This document shows positions 9,871 through 19,227 of a stretch of DNA of 64,000 nt, piece by piece. The translations under genes and the position numbers were made by a program. Within the stretch, counting starts at the first letter, position 1, and each line of letters starts with the position of its first letter. Below the pieces are notes generated by a model. The model was not told where the DNA came from and did no database searches. It saw only the letters and a list, made by a program, of their open reading frames with translations. Origin of the DNA: an uncultured Gammaproteobacteria bacterium (GTDB lineage: Bacteria; Pseudomonadota; Gammaproteobacteria; UBA9214); the NCBI GenBank assembly GCA_963773065.1, contig CAVYZN010000006.1:192001-256000 (forward strand), in the 5' to 3' direction.

Positions 9871-12831
9871 GTGACCCGATTCTCGATACGGTGTGCCGGC
9901 GTGAACGATAGCATCGCTCTGGAAGCGCGGATCCGCACCCTGGGCACTGCGCCTGCTGGAAACGGCCGCGCGGAACGTCCCGGCTGCCCGTCATGCCTGG
10001 CTGGATCGACTGATTCTGCGCGCCATCGGCGATCCCGGCTTCCGCGTGCAGACGCTGCGGTTCATCGATGTCCTGCCGACCCTGCGCGACGATGCGGAGC
10101 TGGTGCGGCACCTCAAGGACTATTTCACCGGACTGGAACTGCCCTGGCCGGAGGTGAGTGCATGGAGCCTGCGACACAGCGATGCTCCCTGGGCGCTGCA
10201 CATCGCCGCGCCGCTGCTGCGCGCCACCCTGCGCGCCCTGTCGCGGCGCTTCATGGGCGGGAGCGACATCCGCCAGGCGCGGCACACCATCGAGAGGCTG
10301 CGCCGCCGGGGCATGGGCTACACCCTGGATCTCCTCGGCGAGGCGGTCGTGAGCGAAGCGGAGGCGCAGCGCTACCAGCAGGCCTGCCTCGCGCTGCTGC
10401 AGGGACTGCCGCCGCGCGGCGATGCGGCGAGTGAAACCCACCGGCCGCAGATCTCCGTGAAGCTCACCGCGCTGTATTCGCAGTTGAGCCCGCTCGACCC
10501 CGAGGGCGGCGTGGCGGCCATCGCCGCGCGGTTGCGCCCGCTCCTTCGCGCGGCGCGCGCGCATCACGCCGGCGTGACCATCGACATGGAGCAGTACGAT
10601 TTCAAGCCTATCGTGTGGCAGTGTTTCATGACGGTGCTGATGGAGCCGGAATTCCGCGACTGGCCCGACGCGGGCATCGCCGTGCAGGCCTACCTGCGGG
10701 ACGCCCGCGATGACCTGCGGCAATTGATCGACTGGGCCGAACGGCGCGGCGCGCCGGTGCAGATCCGCCTGGTGCGCGGGGCGTACTGGGACTATGAGAC
10801 GGTGATCGCCCGGCAGCACGGCTGGCCGGTGCCGGTGTGGGAGGACAAGGCGCAGACCGATGCGTGCTTCGAGGATTGCCTGGAAACGCTATTTGCCAAT
10901 CCGCAGGTCGTGCAGGCGGCGGTGGCCAGCCACAACGTGCGCAGCCTCGCCTGCGCCATGGCGCTGGCGGAGCAGCCGGCGACTGCCGGCGGAGCGCTTC
11001 GAGTTCCAGATGCTCTACGGCATGGCGGATGAACTCAAGCAGGCGCTGGTTCAACTAGGCTATCGCCTGCGCGTCTATGTGCCCTTCGGCGAGACCCTGC
11101 CCGGCATGGCCTACCTGGTGCGCCGCCTGCTGGAAAACAGTTCCGGCCAGAGCATACTCGACAGCGGCATGGCGCCGGCCCGCCTGCAGGAGGCGAGCCT
11201 CGATCGGCCGCAACCCCCGGTCATGGCAAGCGAACCGCCGGAGCCGCGGCGCTTCCACAACCAGGCGGTGCACCGCTTCACCGCGGCCGCCGAGCGCGAG
11301 GCCTTCGCCGCGGCGCTCGTCGCGGTCCGGGAACAACTCGGCCAGGACTATCCGCTCATCATCGGCGGCCAGGCGCTGGCCGGGACCGGTGAGATCGCCT
11401 CCACCAACCCGGCGCGGCCGCAGGAAGTCATCGGGCGCGTGGCAGCGGCCGGCCGCGCGCAGGCCGATGCGGCGCTCGCCGCCGCGCGCGCCGCCTTCCC
11501 CGCCTGGAGCCGGTTGCCGGCGGGCGAACGCGCCGGCTATCTGCGCAAGGTCGCCTCTGCGCTGACCGATGAGCGCGACCAATTCGCGGCCTGGCAGGTG
11601 CTGGAGGCCGGCAAGAACTGGAGCGAGGCCGATGCCGATGTCTGCGAGGCGATCGATTTTCTCAACTACTACGCAGAGCAGGCGGAGCGCCTGGCCGAAG
11701 GTCGCAGTCGTCGCGCTCGCCGGCGAGCACAACCGCCTCGACTGGCGGCCGAAGGGCGTGGGCCTGGTCATCGCGCCCTGGAATTTCCCGCTCGCCATCT
11801 TGACCGGCATGCTGGCGGCGACGCTCGTCACCGGCAACACCGCCATCCTGAAGCCCTCCTCGCTGACGCCGGTCATCGCCGCGCGCTTCATGCGGCTGCT
11901 CGAAGCGGCCGGACTGCCGCCGGGCGTGGTGAATTTCCTGCCCGGTGCGGGCGGCGAGGTCGGCGAGTATCTCGCGGCCAGTCCCGATATCCACCTCATC
12001 GCCTTCACCGGCTCGCGCGCGGTGGGCACGCGGCTGATCGAACTCGGCGCGAAAGTGCATCCCGGCCAGGCGCACATCAAGCGCGTGATCGCGGAAATGG
12101 GCGGCAAGAACGCCATCATCATCGACGCCGATGCCGATCTGGATGCCGCCATCCCGGGCGTGCTGGCCTCCGCCTTCGGCTACCAGGGGCAGAAGTGCAG
12201 CGCGGCCTCGCGCGTGATCGTGGTCGGCGATCTGCACGACGCCTTCCTCGAACGTCTCATCGCGGCGACCCGCAGCCTGACCGTGGGCGATCCCGCGCAA
12301 CCGGGCCATTTCCTGGGGCCGGTGATCGACGCCGTCGCTCAGGAGCGCATCCGCGCGGTCATCGAGGCGGGCGCGCAGCGGGCGCGGCTGGCGCTGTACG
12401 AACCGCAGGCGCTGCCGGATGAGGGTTGCTACGTCGCGCCGGCCATCTTCACCGACGTGGCGCCGAACGATGCGCTGGCGCAGGAGGAGATCTTCGGACC
12501 GGTGCTCGCGCTGCTGCGCGCCGCCGATTTCGAGGAGGCCATCGCGATCGCCAACGCCACGCCCTATGCCCTGACCGGCGGCGTGTATTCGCGCCGGCCC
12601 GCCCACCTGCGGCGCGCCCGCGAGGCCTTCCGCGTCGGCAACCTCTATCTCAACCGCAAGATCACCGGCGCCATCGTCGCGCGCCAGCCCTTCGGCGGCT
12701 TCAAACTGAGCGGCGTCGGCAGCAAGGCGGGCGGCGAGGATTATCTCAAGCAGTTCATGGACCCGGTGTGCGTCACCGAGAACACCCTGCGCCGCGGCTT
12801 CGCGCCCGATGCCGGGGAGCCCGAGCCATGA
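9871..12831 (+). CDS. putA: bifunctional proline dehydrogenase / P5C dehydrogenase (frameshifts at ~9945, ~10975, ~11700)
   Basis: PRODH motifs LDLLGE, IDME, RLVRGAYWDYE, FQMLYGMA, AYLVRRLLEN; ALDH motifs PWNFP, FTGS, EMGGKN, GQKCSA, EEIFGP, PFGG across successive ORFs. Confidence 0.92.
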
Positions 12832-13393
12832 ACTGGGCCGACTGGCACATCCCGCTCTCGGCGGGTCAACTGACCCTGCGGCAGGGACTGGCGAGCCTCG
12901 CCGAGGTCGGCGCGCGCCAGCAGGAGATTCCGCTCCTCATCCGCCTGATGGAGAATCCGAAATACTCGCTGCCGGGCGTGACGCTGTTTCACGGCGCGGT
13001 CGACCTCAAGGCCCACGACCGCATCCATATCCTGCTCGGCCGCGGGCTGCTGACCGAGGACGAGGCCTTCACCATCGGCTTCACCATGGGCAGCACCAAG
13101 CGCGTGAGCCGCACCGAGGAATGGCTGTTCGGCCTGATCGCCCGCCGCCTCTATCCCGTGCCCTACCGCTTCGATGACAACGCCGTGCGCATCTTCCGCG
13201 ACGCCGTGCACCTCGGCGGAATTGTCCGGCTGCCGGCCGCTCGACCGGCATCGATTTCGACCCCTATCTCGACACCCCGCTGCAGGAGATCCGCGCCGCC
13301 ATCGGCCTGGAGACGGATCTCCTCGCCGCCTATTACCGCATCGAAAAGGCCCGCTACCCGGACTCCGCCGCGTGCCGGCGGCTGCTGGATTGA
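12828..13393 (+). CDS. hypothetical protein with HDxxH metal-binding motif (Coq4-like); frameshifted near 13220-13250
   Basis: ATGA overlap with putA stop; HDRIHILLGRG...EAFTIGFTMG; C-terminus RIEKARYPDSAACRRLLD in a shifted frame. Confidence 0.6.
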
Positions 13394-13493
13394 ACCCGAA
13401 GTATCGCGGGTCGGGTCAACGATGCGTAATTCGACAATGGGGTCATTGCGACGGATTTCGATACCGAAAAATATCGATAGCTGCGTTGACAAA

Positions 13494-13603
13494 ACCTCAT
13501 GCCGGGTAAGTCCTTCCGTGACACGCTGTGAATACGTCCCTGTACGCTCGCCGGCCGCATCCCTGCGGCCGACGGTCACTACAGGACTTACCCGGCATGA
13601 GGT
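13494..13603. repeat. 110-bp palindromic element with perfect 21-bp terminal inverted repeats
   Basis: ACCTCATGCCGGGTAAGTCCT (13494-13514) and its exact reverse complement (13583-13603); internal hairpin CGGCCGCA-TCCC-TGCGGCCG. Confidence 0.85.
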
Positions 13604-13802
13604 CTCTGCGCGTATGAGGTAAAGTTGTCGCCTGCCTTGCAAGCAGCCGGCGCCAAAAACTCTCGGGATAGTTCCACAACGCTATCCTGCAAATTTTCAA
13701 ATCCCTTTGGGCAAGATAATATGAGGCACCGCACCTATCGGAAATGATTGCGTCAGAACGTTTGTTAATACCCATTAGCCGTATGAAAAAAGGAAAGGAA
13801 TC

Positions 13803-14087
13803 TTGAAGACACGGTATTACATCGATCCAGAAACAGAATTGCCGCACATCTACCGGCATAATGTTTCGGAACAGGAAGTTGAGGAGGTATTGGGGCATTC
13901 CGGCGAGGACCGTCCCGGACGTGAAGGATCACGAGTCGCAATCGGGTGCACTTCTGACGGGCGCTACTTGAGAGTAATATATGTACCGGACCCAGACCCG
14001 GATAGCGTTTTTGTCATTACAGCCTACGATCTTCATGGTAAACCACTGATCGCTTATAAGCGCCGTCATCGGAGAAAGAGGAAATGA
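13803..14087 (+). CDS. DUF4258/BrnT-like toxin
   Basis: 94 aa; HIYRHNVSEQEVEEVL...GRYLRVIY...FVITAY pattern; overlaps next small ORF. Confidence 0.7.
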   Translation: MKTRYYIDPETELPHIYRHNVSEQEVEEVLGHSGEDRPGREGSRVAIGCTSDGRYLRVIYVPDPDPDSVFVITAYDLHGKPLIAYKRRHRRKRK

Positions 14088-14284
14088 AACAAAGTAAGTT
14101 CCCTCCAGGTTGGAACGAGAAGCGGGTTAAAGAGGTTCTCGCCCATTATGAATCGCAGACCGAGGAAGAAGCCGTAGCAGAGGATGAAGCGGCCTTTGAG
14201 GCTGTTGGCCAAACGGTAATGGAGATTCCTACTGAGCTTGTTCCAAAAGTTCGCGAACTTATCGCGAAGCACAAAGTCGCCTGA
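14084..14284 (+). CDS. putative antitoxin
   Basis: 66 aa with acidic core, ATGA-coupled to the toxin-like gene. Confidence 0.6.
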   Translation: MKQSKFPPGWNEKRVKEVLAHYESQTEEEAVAEDEAAFEAVGQTVMEIPTELVPKVRELIAKHKVA

Positions 14285-14295
14285 GCTGCGGCGGT

Positions 14296-14357
14296 AAAGG
14301 GGTCGGATACATTTTTGTAGCTGGATATGGATTGTCAAAATTGTATCCGGCCCCTTT
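14296..14357. mobile_element. small palindromic MITE/REP-like element, copy A
   Basis: AAAGGGGTCGGATACA...TGTATCCGGCCCCTTT arms; core GTAGCTGGATATGGATTGT shared with copy B. Confidence 0.7.
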
Positions 14358-14395
14358 CCGCGAAAATCGCCGCGCCGGTTATGTGAACGTTATGT
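14358..14395 (+). other. 3' half of an integron attC site
   Basis: GCCGGTTATGTGAACGTTATGT parallels the right arm GCCGGTGATTTGCGGCGTTAGAG of the intact attC; left arm absent where element A sits. Confidence 0.6.
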
Positions 14396-14408
14396 TTCAA
14401 AATAAGGA

Positions 14409-14844
14409 ATGAATCGTCGAACTGAGAGGCAGGAATCAGCCCTAGCCAGCGTAGAAACACCGGGCTTGATGATGCAGCATCAAAAGACCCAGGCTTCTCA
14501 TGCCAAGGTAAAGTCGGTGAGTTTATTAGTTTATATTTGAGGTGTGAGCATTTTGCTACGCGTCTACAACACTATTACCAGACAGACAAACAATACAAAC
14601 AGGGAAGCTAAATACGGACAGCTTATCAAAAGCATTCGAACATTTTGGATTTCCTCTCGGTAAAGATAAATTGCTTTCTATTTTCAAAGGTGGGGAAGGT
14701 AAGAGAGGAAAAAAGAGTGCTAAGCAGTTAAGAAATGGTTATCTTCATCAATTATCCGAAGCTGATAGATTGGAAATAATTGAAAAGCATTTAATGCTTA
14801 CAAAAGAGATGAATCGTTTACTAAAGAAGAGGATAAAACCATAA
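14409..14844 (+). CDS. AT-rich cassette gene of ~140 aa, putative HEPN-like RNase (two frameshifts)
   Basis: AAGGA RBS + ATG 14409; joining three frames gives ...FISLYLRCEHFATRLQHYY...SAKQLRNGYLHQLS...; stop TAA lies in the attC inverse core. Confidence 0.55.
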
Positions 14845-14914
14845 CAATGCAAATTCACTCGGACAATTTTCTACGCTGCGCTCCGAGGATCGCCGGTGAT
14901 TTGCGGCGTTAGAG
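14839..14914 (+). other. integron attC site (intact, 76 bp)
   Basis: inverse core CCATAAC, L'' CAAATTCAC pairing with L' GTGATTTG with one extra base, core GTTAGAG; located between a stop codon and the next ATG. Confidence 0.82.
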
Positions 14915-14917
14915 CAC

Positions 14918-15448
14918 ATGGTCTCCGTCGCTATAGAAGGCTACTTGGTGCAGGGCAAGCTTGAGGTAGCCCTGCGCGAAATCGTCGGAAACGACTGCTG
15001 GCGTGGTCGGGAAGTACGACTACCCGTCGGAAGGCGCCGATGGGACATGAGTTACGAAACGAACGGGCAAATTACGGTCGTAGAGTTTGACGGAGACGAG
15101 CATTACCGCAATACGCTCAAGATAAAGGCTGACACAGAAAAGGACCAAATCGCAACCCAGCACGGCTACCGTGTCGTCCGGATTCCCTACTGGGTTCAGC
15201 TCACGACGGACACCTTATGGCACTACTTCAATCTCAACGCGGAAATTCGCCAAGATTTTTCTCATGGCTTCATCGCGACAAAGATATTTCCTGCATCATT
15301 CTGTGAACTCGGTATAGCACGTTTCCAACGTGAGCTAACCTCTCTTCCTGCTGGCGTTCGAACCGCAGTGGTCAATTCACTCCGAGACAGATGCAGAGAG
15401 TATGGGAGTCAGTATGTCTTGCCTTCCAGCCTACAGAATGTGCTCTAA
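14918..15448 (+). CDS. DUF559/Vsr-like PD-(D/E)XK endonuclease-domain protein, gene cassette
   Basis: RWD...VVEFDGDEH...D..KD...GYRVVRIPYW; bounded by GTTAGAGCAC (14908) and its perfect complement GTGCTCTAAC (15440-15449). Confidence 0.75.
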   Translation: MVSVAIEGYLVQGKLEVALREIVGNDCWRGREVRLPVGRRRWDMSYETNGQITVVEFDGDEHYRNTLKIKADTEKDQIATQHGYRVVRIPYWVQLTTDTLWHYFNLNAEIRQDFSHGFIATKIFPASFCELGIARFQRELTSLPAGVRTAVVNSLRDRCREYGSQYVLPSSLQNVL

Positions 15449-15468
15449 CCTCTCGGTCCGATGCAAAA

Positions 15469-15540
15469 AAAGGGGGCGGATACATTTTTCGGAGGGACGG
15501 TAGCTGGAGATAGATTGTAGAAAATGTATCCGCCCCCTTT
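15469..15540. mobile_element. small palindromic MITE/REP-like element, copy B
   Basis: perfect 20-bp IR AAAGGGGGCGGATACATTTT / AAAATGTATCCGCCCCCTTT; core GTAGCTGGAGATAGATTGT; starts ~20 bp after a cassette inverse core. Confidence 0.75.
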
Positions 15541-15642
15541 CTTACTGCTCCTGGCAATGTTCGCTTCGGCGCGAAATATAAATCTGTCCTCGTTTGGCTA
15601 TCATACAAGCCATAAAGGGCTTCATAGAGACAGGTGAGAAGC

Positions 15643-15899
15643 ATGTCTACCGCGAATGAGGATTTAAATAAACTGCTCGGAACAGCAACCGGAGGACAGT
15701 CTTATGAGGAACTGATTCGGGAGATGGCGTTTGATGTCATGGTCCGAAAGGTCTGCGGGATTCCGAGGATGGCCGTACAATTTCAAATGAGGAAGATGCA
15801 GCGTCGACATCCGTTCATGCGCACTGAAATAAGACCGGGCGCAATGCGCCATGTCCCTGCAACAGCGGGAGAAAATACAAGCTGTGTTGCGGACGATGA
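15643..15899 (+). CDS. small SEC-C motif protein (frameshift near 15830)
   Basis: KTGRNAPCPCNSGRKYKLCCGR* at 15831-15899; N-terminal part from ATG 15643 in another frame. Confidence 0.6.
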
Positions 15900-16029
15900 C
15901 CGTCGAATTCCGCGGACAGTGTACCTGTGCCGCTCTCACTGGCGTGTGGTTGTTTCCGGAGTCTTCTGGCCGGGTCAGAGAACAATATTCGCCAATAGTA
16001 GCGTTATTCTGTGCCCGGTTTTCCCGGCC

Positions 16030-17237
16030 TTACTCGTGCCGCAGCGCCTCGATCGGGTCCAGGCGCGCCGCCTGGCGGGCGGGAAAATAGCCGAATACGA
16101 CACCCACCGCGGCCGAGAACGAAAAGGCGAGCAGAATGATGCCCGGCTGGATCAGGAACGGGACGCCCAGCAGATGCACGCCGGCGTCCGCTCCCACCAG
16201 CCCCAGCAGGATGCCGAGCACGCCGCCAACGGAGGAAAGCACAACCGCCTCGACCAGGAACTGCAAACCGACTTCGCGCTTGAGGGCGCCGATGGCGAGC
16301 CGGATGCCGATTTCGCGCGTGCGCTCGGTGACCGAAACGAACATGACGTTCATGATGCCTATGCCGCCGACGATCAGGCTCACGGCGGCGATGGCGCTCA
16401 GCAGGCCGGTCAGAAAGTGCGCGGTCCTGGTCACGGCATCGACGACCTCCCGCATGTCGCGAACCGAAAAGTTATCGGCGCCAGCCGGATTGTGGCGGCG
16501 CTCGCGCAGCAGCCGCGTCATATCCGCCTGGACCTTGGCCGTATCCACACCATCGCGCGCCGAGACAAAAATCTGCGGCACGCCGTTATTGCCCGCGATG
16601 GTGCGATGAAACCAGCGGATCGGTACCAGGATCAGGTCATCCTGGTCCGAACCTCGCTCGATTCGCCCTTGGACACGAGCGTGCCGATAACCTCGCACGA
16701 AAATCCGCCCAGTCGCAAACGCTTGCCCAGGGGGGTGCCGGCCCCGAACAGGTCTTTGCGGACGGTGGCGCCGATGATGCAAATCGCCCGGCCCCCGCGC
16801 TCCTCCGTGTCCGTGAAACCGCGCCCCCTGTCGACTGCCAGGCGCGAACCTTGAGGAAGGACGAGGTGGTTCCCAGCACACTGGTGGTGCGGTTTCTGTC
16901 GCCGCTGATCGCCTGCAGGTTACGCGAGGCCGCGGGGGCGACGGCCGCGATGCCGGGAATCTCGCGCTCCAGTGCCACGCTGTCGGCCAGGCTGAAGGCG
17001 GGCGCGCTCGACTTCAGCCCGTGCATGCCCGTCTGCGACTGTCCGGGCTTGACCAGCAGCAGATTCGTGCCCAGCCTGGGACAGATCCGAAGTCACGCGC
17101 GCGCTGGTGCCGGTGCCGATGATCACCATCGTGATCACCGCCGCCACACCGATCACCACACCGAGCATCGTGAGTCCGGAACGCAAGGGGTTGCGCAGAA
17201 TGGCCTGCAGCGCGAGACGCAGCATATCCCACAGCAT
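16030..17237 (-). CDS. MacB-like ABC transporter permease (several frameshifts)
   Basis: N-term NPLRSGLTMLGVVIGVAAVI; C-term GGIGIMNVMFVSVTERTREIGIRLAIGA...LDPIEALRHE. Confidence 0.88.
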
Positions 17238-17944
17238 CAGGCGCTCTCCCGGCGCATCTCGCCGTCGAGGCGCCCGTCCTTGAGCCGGATGGTGCGCTCC
17301 GCCCATGCCGCGATGGCGGGATCGTGGGACACCATGGCGATGGTGATACCGCGCTCGCGGTTGAGTTCCCGCAGCAGGCGCATGATTTCCTTGCTGCGCT
17401 CGGTATCGAGGTTGCCGGTGGGCTCGTCGGCAAGCAGCAGCAGCGGCGAGGTGACGATGGCGCGGGCGATGGCGACGCGCTGCTGCTGCCCCCCCGACAA
17501 TTCCGCCGGCGTGTGCGACTCCCACCCCGTGAGGCCGACCGATGCCAGGGCCTCGCCGGCGAGCTTGTGGCGTTCCGGCACCGGCACTCCCCGATAGACC
17601 AGCGGCAGTTCGACGTTTTCCAGCGCGGAGGTCCGGCCGAGCAGGTTGAACCCCTGGAAGACAAAGCCCACATAATGGCGGCGCAGGCGGGCACGCTGAT
17701 CGGGGGTGAGGGCGCCAACGTCCACACCCGCGAAACGGTAGGTGCCCCCGGTCGGCACATCGAGACACCCCAGGATATTCATCGCGGTGGATTTGCCGCA
17801 GCCGCTGGGGCCCATGACCGCGACAAACTCGCCGCACTCGATGCGCACATCGATGCCGCGCAGTGCCTGCACCGCCACGGGACCGAGTCCATAGACCTTG
17901 GTCACGGCATCGAAAGTCACCAGGGAAGGGAGTGCCGCGCTCAC
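17237..17944 (-). CDS. ABC transporter ATP-binding protein (LolD/MacB type)
   Basis: GPSGCGKS, LSGGQQQRVAIARA, LLADEPTGNLD. Confidence 0.95.
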   Translation of the reverse strand: MSAALPSLVTFDAVTKVYGLGPVAVQALRGIDVRIECGEFVAVMGPSGCGKSTAMNILGCLDVPTGGTYRFAGVDVGALTPDQRARLRRHYVGFVFQGFNLLGRTSALENVELPLVYRGVPVPERHKLAGEALASVGLTGWESHTPAELSGGQQQRVAIARAIVTSPLLLLADEPTGNLDTERSKEIMRLLRELNRERGITIAMVSHDPAIAAWAERTIRLKDGRLDGEMRRESA

Positions 17945-19227
17945 GAGGGCTTGGTGATGGTGTCGACGATGAGGCTCACGCCGGGCTCGATGCCTTCGCC
18001 ATGGACCTCGGTCCAGGACCCGTCGCTGCGTCCCACCTCCACGTCGACCTGCGCGGGCGGTCCGTCGCGCAGCACCCAGACGTGCGATTGCGATCCCGGT
18101 GTCTGCGCGCGCACTTCCGCGGGAGGCGCCCGGCGGTGTTTGGAAAGAAGGGATTTCAGCAGTCCGCCCGGGCGCGGCTCCTCCTGTACCGGCGGCTCGT
18201 AGCGCAGCGCCGCGTTCGGTACGAGGATGCCGTTGCTGACCTTGCCCACGACGATCACCGCCGTCGCCGTCATGCTGGGACGCAGCAGGCGCTCGCTGTT
18301 GTCGAAGGCGAGCACCGTCTCATAGGTGACGACGCCCTGCAGGGTCTTCGCGCCATAGCGGACCTGCGTGACCTTCGCCGGGAATTTCTTGTCGGGCCAG
18401 GCATCAACCATGAAGCTCGCCTCCTGGCCGGGTTGGACCTGACCGACGTCGGCTTCGTCCACATCGACTATCAACTGCATCCTGGAGAGATCTTCGGCCA
18501 GTGTGAATAATACCGGAGTCGAGGCGGCCACCGTTTGCCTGGGCCACGCCGCACATGTCAACACGATGCCGTTGATCGGCGAAACGATCACCCCCTTGCC
18601 CAGGTCGGTCTGCTGGGTCTCGAGTGTTGTCTTGGCCTGTACGACCGCCGCGCGCGCACTCACCACGGCCGCCTTTGCCCGGAGCACAGCGGTTCGTGCA
18701 TTCGCGTACTCCTGCTTGGAAGGTACCTTTCCGCCGCTCAGCTTGCGCACCTCCTGCAGGCGTGCGAGTTGACTCTCCGCGTCGCTCGCAGAGGCCTTCG
18801 CCTGCTGCACACCCGCCGTCGCCGACTCGAGCGCCGCCTTGGACTGCTGGACCATCGATTCCAGTCGCGACGTATCCAGCCTCGCCAGCACCTGCCCGGC
18901 GTGTACCACGTCATTGCAACCGGCATCAACACTGCGTATCGTGCCCGGGATTTCGCTAACGATGTCGACCTGATTGGTCGGGAATATCGTCCCGGTGGCC
19001 GTCACGGTGACGGAAAGATCGCCACGCCGGGCGTTTTCCGTCACGTAATGCACCTCTGGGTCTTCCCCGCAACCGGGAGAATCCCGATGACCGCGAATAC
19101 CGCCAGCACCACGGCAGCGACCCAGATCGCGGGTCTGCGGAGACCGGCGATCCGGCCGGGTCTCATCCGCTCCCAGCACCTGCCTTATGCCGGCCAGTTG
19201 CGCCCACTCTTTACGGACTTCGTTCAT
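17941..19227 (-). CDS. efflux periplasmic adaptor subunit (MacA-like)
   Basis: VTATGT...GQVLARLD, alpha-hairpin, SPINGIV, VDEADVGQVQPGQ. Confidence 0.9.
   Translation of the reverse strand: MNEVRKEWAQLAGIRQVLGADETRPDRRSPQTRDLGRCRGAGGIRGHRDSPGCGEDPEVHYVTENARRGDLSVTVTATGTIFPTNQVDIVSEIPGTIRSVDAGCNDVVHAGQVLARLDTSRLESMVQQSKAALESATAGVQQAKASASDAESQLARLQEVRKLSGGKVPSKQEYANARTAVLRAKAAVVSARAAVVQAKTTLETQQTDLGKGVIVSPINGIVLTCAAWPRQTVAASTPVLFTLAEDLSRMQLIVDVDEADVGQVQPGQEASFMVDAWPDKKFPAKVTQVRYGAKTLQGVVTYETVLAFDNSERLLRPSMTATAVIVVGKVSNGILVPNAALRYEPPVQEEPRPGGLLKSLLSKHRRAPPAEVRAQTPGSQSHVWVLRDGPPAQVDVEVGRSDGSWTEVHGEGIEPGVSLIVDTITKPS

Noticed and set aside
13604-13800. intI remnant next to the cassettes
   Set aside because: No tyrosine-recombinase motifs in any frame I could read; the attI-like match is too weak to list as a feature.
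15634-16854. 406-aa plus-strand ORF
   Set aside because: Chimera of the frameshifted SEC-C gene start and the antisense of the MacB-like permease.
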